Assembly (NCBI GenBank): GCA_009602725.1
Contig: WELB01000021.1
Location: forward strand, 588,015 to 625,037
Reading direction: 5' to 3'
Length of the DNA: 37,023 nucleotides
DNA from: Spirogloea muscicola
Taxonomy: Eukaryota
In this document: positions 34,000 through 37,023 of the stretch, in pieces
Layout: every line of letters starts with the position of its first letter
Position numbering within the stretch: position 1 is the first letter of the stretch
The notes under the pieces: generated by a model
Told to the model about the DNA's origin: nothing
Database searches by the model: none
What the model saw: the letters and a program-made list of their open reading frames with translations, nothing else
Program-made: the position numbers and the translations under genes

Positions 34000-35600
34000 C
34001 TTGTAGCATTCCTACAAAGACACAAAGTCGCACCTCAACAGGTGGAGTGTGGGCATGTCCCCCCTGGCATAGGGGATGATCTGCAGGAGTCTACAGGATA
34101 TCAGAGCAGCAAACACATCAGCAACACTTGATGTGCAGGCTTCAAAGACTCGAGCATAAGCCATGCAACTCTGCCAAGGGGTCCTAGCTGCAGCTATGTG
34201 CTCCTGACATCAGGTTTCTCAGGCAGTCATCTTGTAGTACTCTACAACGACACAGAGTTGCACCTCGACAAGAGGTGGAGTGAGCGCGTGTCCCCCCTTG
34301 CATGGGGGGGGATCTGCAGGAGCCTACAGGAGATCATGGCATATGATCGTATCAGCATAAGTTGATATGCAGGAAAGGGCTTCAGCAAAGCCAATGAAAT
34401 TTGCCAAGGGATTCTAGCTGGAGCAAAGTGCTCCTTTGTCATTGCTCCTCAGGCAGTCATGTAGTAGCATTCCTACAAGACACTAATTCGCACCTGGACA
34501 ACAAGTGGATTGTGGGCGTTTTCCCCCTTGCATGGGGGGGGATCTGCAGGAGCCTACAGGAAGTCAGCGCAGATGACGCATCAGCAACACTTGTATGCAG
34601 GCATCAAAGGCTTGGAAACTTGCCAAGGGATCGTTGCTGCAGCCATGTGCCCCTTCATCAGAGAGGGCACATCATCTGAGAGAATGACCGCAAGGACACA
34701 AAAATGCACCTCAACAGCATGTGGATTTTGGGCGCTTTCCCCCTTGCATAGGGGGAGATCTATAGGAGCCTACAAGAGAGAAGCGCAGACGAAAGCATCA
34801 GCGAAACTTGTAAAAAGGCATCAAAGGCTTGCAAAGTGCCAAGTGATACATGCTGCAGCTACGTGCTCCTTCACCACGTTTCTCAGGCGGTCACCTTGTA
34901 ATCTGTTCTGCAATGGCACATATTCGCACCTTGACAACAAGCGGACTATTTGCATTTTCCCCCTTGCCTAGGTGGGGATCTGGAGGAGTCTACAGGAGAT
35001 CAGAGCAGATAAATGCATCAGTAACACTTGATATGCAGGCCTTCAAAGCTTAAGCAAAGCCGTGCGAATCTGCCAAGGGATCATAGCTACAGCAATGTGC
35101 CCCTTCATCATATCCCTCAGGGCAGTCATCTTGTAGCATTCCTACACAGACACATAGTCGCACCTTGACAACAAGTGGAGTGTGGGCGTTTCCCCCCTTG
35201 CATAGGGGGGGATGTGCAGGCGCCTATGCAAGCAGAGCAGACGAAAGCACCATCAGCTCTTGATAAGCTTGCCAAAAGCTTGAGCAGAAGCCATGAAAAT
35301 CTGCCAAGGAAACCTAGCAGCAGCAGCGCGCCCCCTTATTATGTGTCTCAGGCAGTCATCTTGTAGCATTCCTACAATGACCACAATCGCACCGCGACAA
35401 GTACTGGAGTGTGGGCGCTTCCCCCCTGGTATATGTAGAAGATAGCAAGAGCCTACAGGAGGTAAGTGTGAACGAAAGCATCAGCGACACAGGTATGCAG
35501 GCGTTGACGGCTGTAGCACAATCAATGTGAATCCGCCAAAGGATGCTAGCTGCAGCGCTCGCCCCGTCATCAACTTTCACAAGTAGTGATCTCGCACTTG
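34000..35600. repeat. Diverged tandem array, ~7 units of ~230 bp, inside X copy 4
   Basis: Anchors TTGTAGCATTCCTACA..TCGCACCT and CTGCCAAGGG recur at about 34000, 34232, 34463, 34690, 34897, 35131 and 35361; partial extra unit at ~36110-36175. Confidence 0.9.
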
Positions 35601-36544
35601 GTCTTGCTTCCCGCTCTCGCTCTCTATCGCGCTCGGGCTCCCTCTCCTTCTAACTCCCTTTGCTCTGCCCTCCCTCGCTCCCTAGCAATCTCTCTCTCTA
35701 CTTTTGTGCATTTTATGGCAAATGATGCTCAGACTCAACAATTCCTCCACAATTGTCAGTGGAAATAGCACAACATGTGATGGATGCACAGATGTGAGGT
35801 TAAATTTTGATGCATGTGGATTCTAACCTCGCAGAGAGCCGCTAAGAAGTGTCTAAAAATTCTGGAGAGACACTCCTTGGCTCCTGGCATGTTGGTGAGC
35901 GGCCGAATTGCCCGTCGGCTTGCTTGTGCCGACAATCAGACTACAGCCTGCGCATCAGCGCCAGGTGAGAAACAAGGCCACAATAGGTCAGCAGGCGCCA
36001 ATTTACAACCGTGGGCAGGCGACAGCCCATTCTGTGGTAAGTTTGCGCGTGCTATCAGGAGCGCGCGTGCTAGTGCAGCGCTAGGAGGAAGGCTTGAGGG
36101 GAAATTCGGGCAATTCTACCAAGGCCACACTAGCAGCAGCAGCGTGGCCCCTTGTCATGGGTCTCAGGCAGTCAACAGGCAGCAGGACGCAGGGCGCAAG
36201 GCCCGCAGCGGGACCGGCCTTGCCGCCGGCGGCGTCCGGCCGCGTCAGGGCCAGGGAGCCAGGGCGAGGCCCCGGCACCGCGCGAGCGCGCAAATGCGTC
36301 GTGAATTGGCTGGGGAATGGGTGTCTGGCGCGCGTTGCCGGCACCTCGCGGGAGGAGTGAATTGCCGTCGGCGTCGTCGCGGGCGGCGGCGGCGGCGGCG
36401 CGGCGGTGGCGGCGGCGGCGGGCGGCGGGATGGCTGGCGGCAGGAAGAAAGGGACGACGAGAGTGGCTGCCGACGCGGGCAGCTGCCGGGGCGGGCAGCG
36501 GGGCGCTCCCGCCGGGCGCCTGCGTACTGGGAGATGGAAAAGAC

Positions 36545-36780
36545 AATAGCTCTTCCGGATTGATTGACGGCAATGGCTGTGAGATGTCAGCCCTGCAAAT
36601 CAGGAGATTAGAGAATGCTGCTGCTGATATCAAAAGAGCGGCTGTGAAAGCCAGCCAGATGCATACAGGTGTAGGAGATTGGAGGACCGGACGCGTGCCA
36701 AGCTCTGTGGCCCAGGGCCCCTCGGGCAGTGCTGGAAACCATGTTTCTGGGCTGGTTTCACAGCCCTCGCCTCCTTTAGG
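36545..36780. repeat. Degenerate CRE 3'-end motifs (minus 36548-36595 and 36638-36657; plus 36745-36770)
   Basis: GGGCTG..CTCACAGCC...GGAAGAGCT on -; TTCTGGGCTGGTTTCACAGCCC on +. Confidence 0.6.
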
Positions 36781-36783
36781 AGG

Positions 36784-37023
36784 CCCCCTGGCTGTGGACG
36801 TGCATGGGGCTCTCGGATCCCACTGGCTCGACCTGTTGGCCAGGCTTGCACGGCGCGCTGTGTCCCGCAGGCGCGGTGAGCCGGCTGACTTCAACGCCGC
36901 TGGCTCGTGGGCTCAGGTGTATCGTATGCGCTTGTCCGTCTCCCTCCAGCGGTCCATGGCCCACGCCTTGCATCTGCGTGCTGGCCGTGCTCTCGCTGCG
37001 GCCTCCGGCTTTCGTCAGGGGGA
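36784..37023 (+). mobile_element. Young 5'-truncated CRE insertion (RLE C-terminus), continues past the window end
   Basis: Reverse complement of 13014-13253 with about 5 differences in 240 bp; PLAVDVHGALGSHWLDLLARL...RLSVSLQRSMA. Confidence 0.93.

Larger units (their letters stand above)
31900..36540 (-). pseudogene. Unidentified gene/element X, copy 4 (most diverged)
   Basis: Shared blocks AGAAGGTGGC (~32855), TGTAGCCACCT (33121), GTTGTGGGGTC (~33315), the hairpin, TGATGGATGCACAGATGTG (~35778; cf. 7972) and GCGCGCGTGCTAG (36061; cf. 10845), in the same order as other copies. Confidence 0.55.

Noticed and set aside
34000..35600. CRISPR-like array
   Set aside because: Whole ~230-bp units are homologous; there is no short repeat with unique spacers and no cas genes.

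Overview
Eukaryotic, GC-rich, transposon-dense window. A green alga or streptophyte is plausible, but that is inference. No intact host gene, rRNA, tRNA or CRISPR array was recognised. Contents: (1) Four long, decayed + strand copies of a CRE-clade non-LTR retrotransposon (C2HC zinc fingers, RT, CCHC plus restriction-like endonuclease) at about 1-2678, 3500-6337, 19100-22340 and 27790-31830. (2) About 25 short 5'-truncated CRE 3' ends in both orientations, all sharing a pyrimidine-tract/GGGCTGG stem-loop motif. (3) A complete non-autonomous, gag-only Ty1/copia element at 8067-10278 (- strand), with 391-bp LTRs, CAGCA target duplication, tRNA-Met PBS and a tandemly amplified RT-derived peptide. 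(4) Four diverged copies of an unidentified, probably - strand gene or element ('X') with a variable number of Cys-rich repeats and a covarying hairpin with a GAGGTGN loop. Three X copies sit tail-to-tail directly behind a long CRE copy. This CRE-> <-X pairing, the identity of X, its hairpin and the back-to-back CRE 3' ends are the main leads. There is a 350-N assembly gap at 17998-18347. All alignments were done by eye, so boundaries of decayed copies are approximate.
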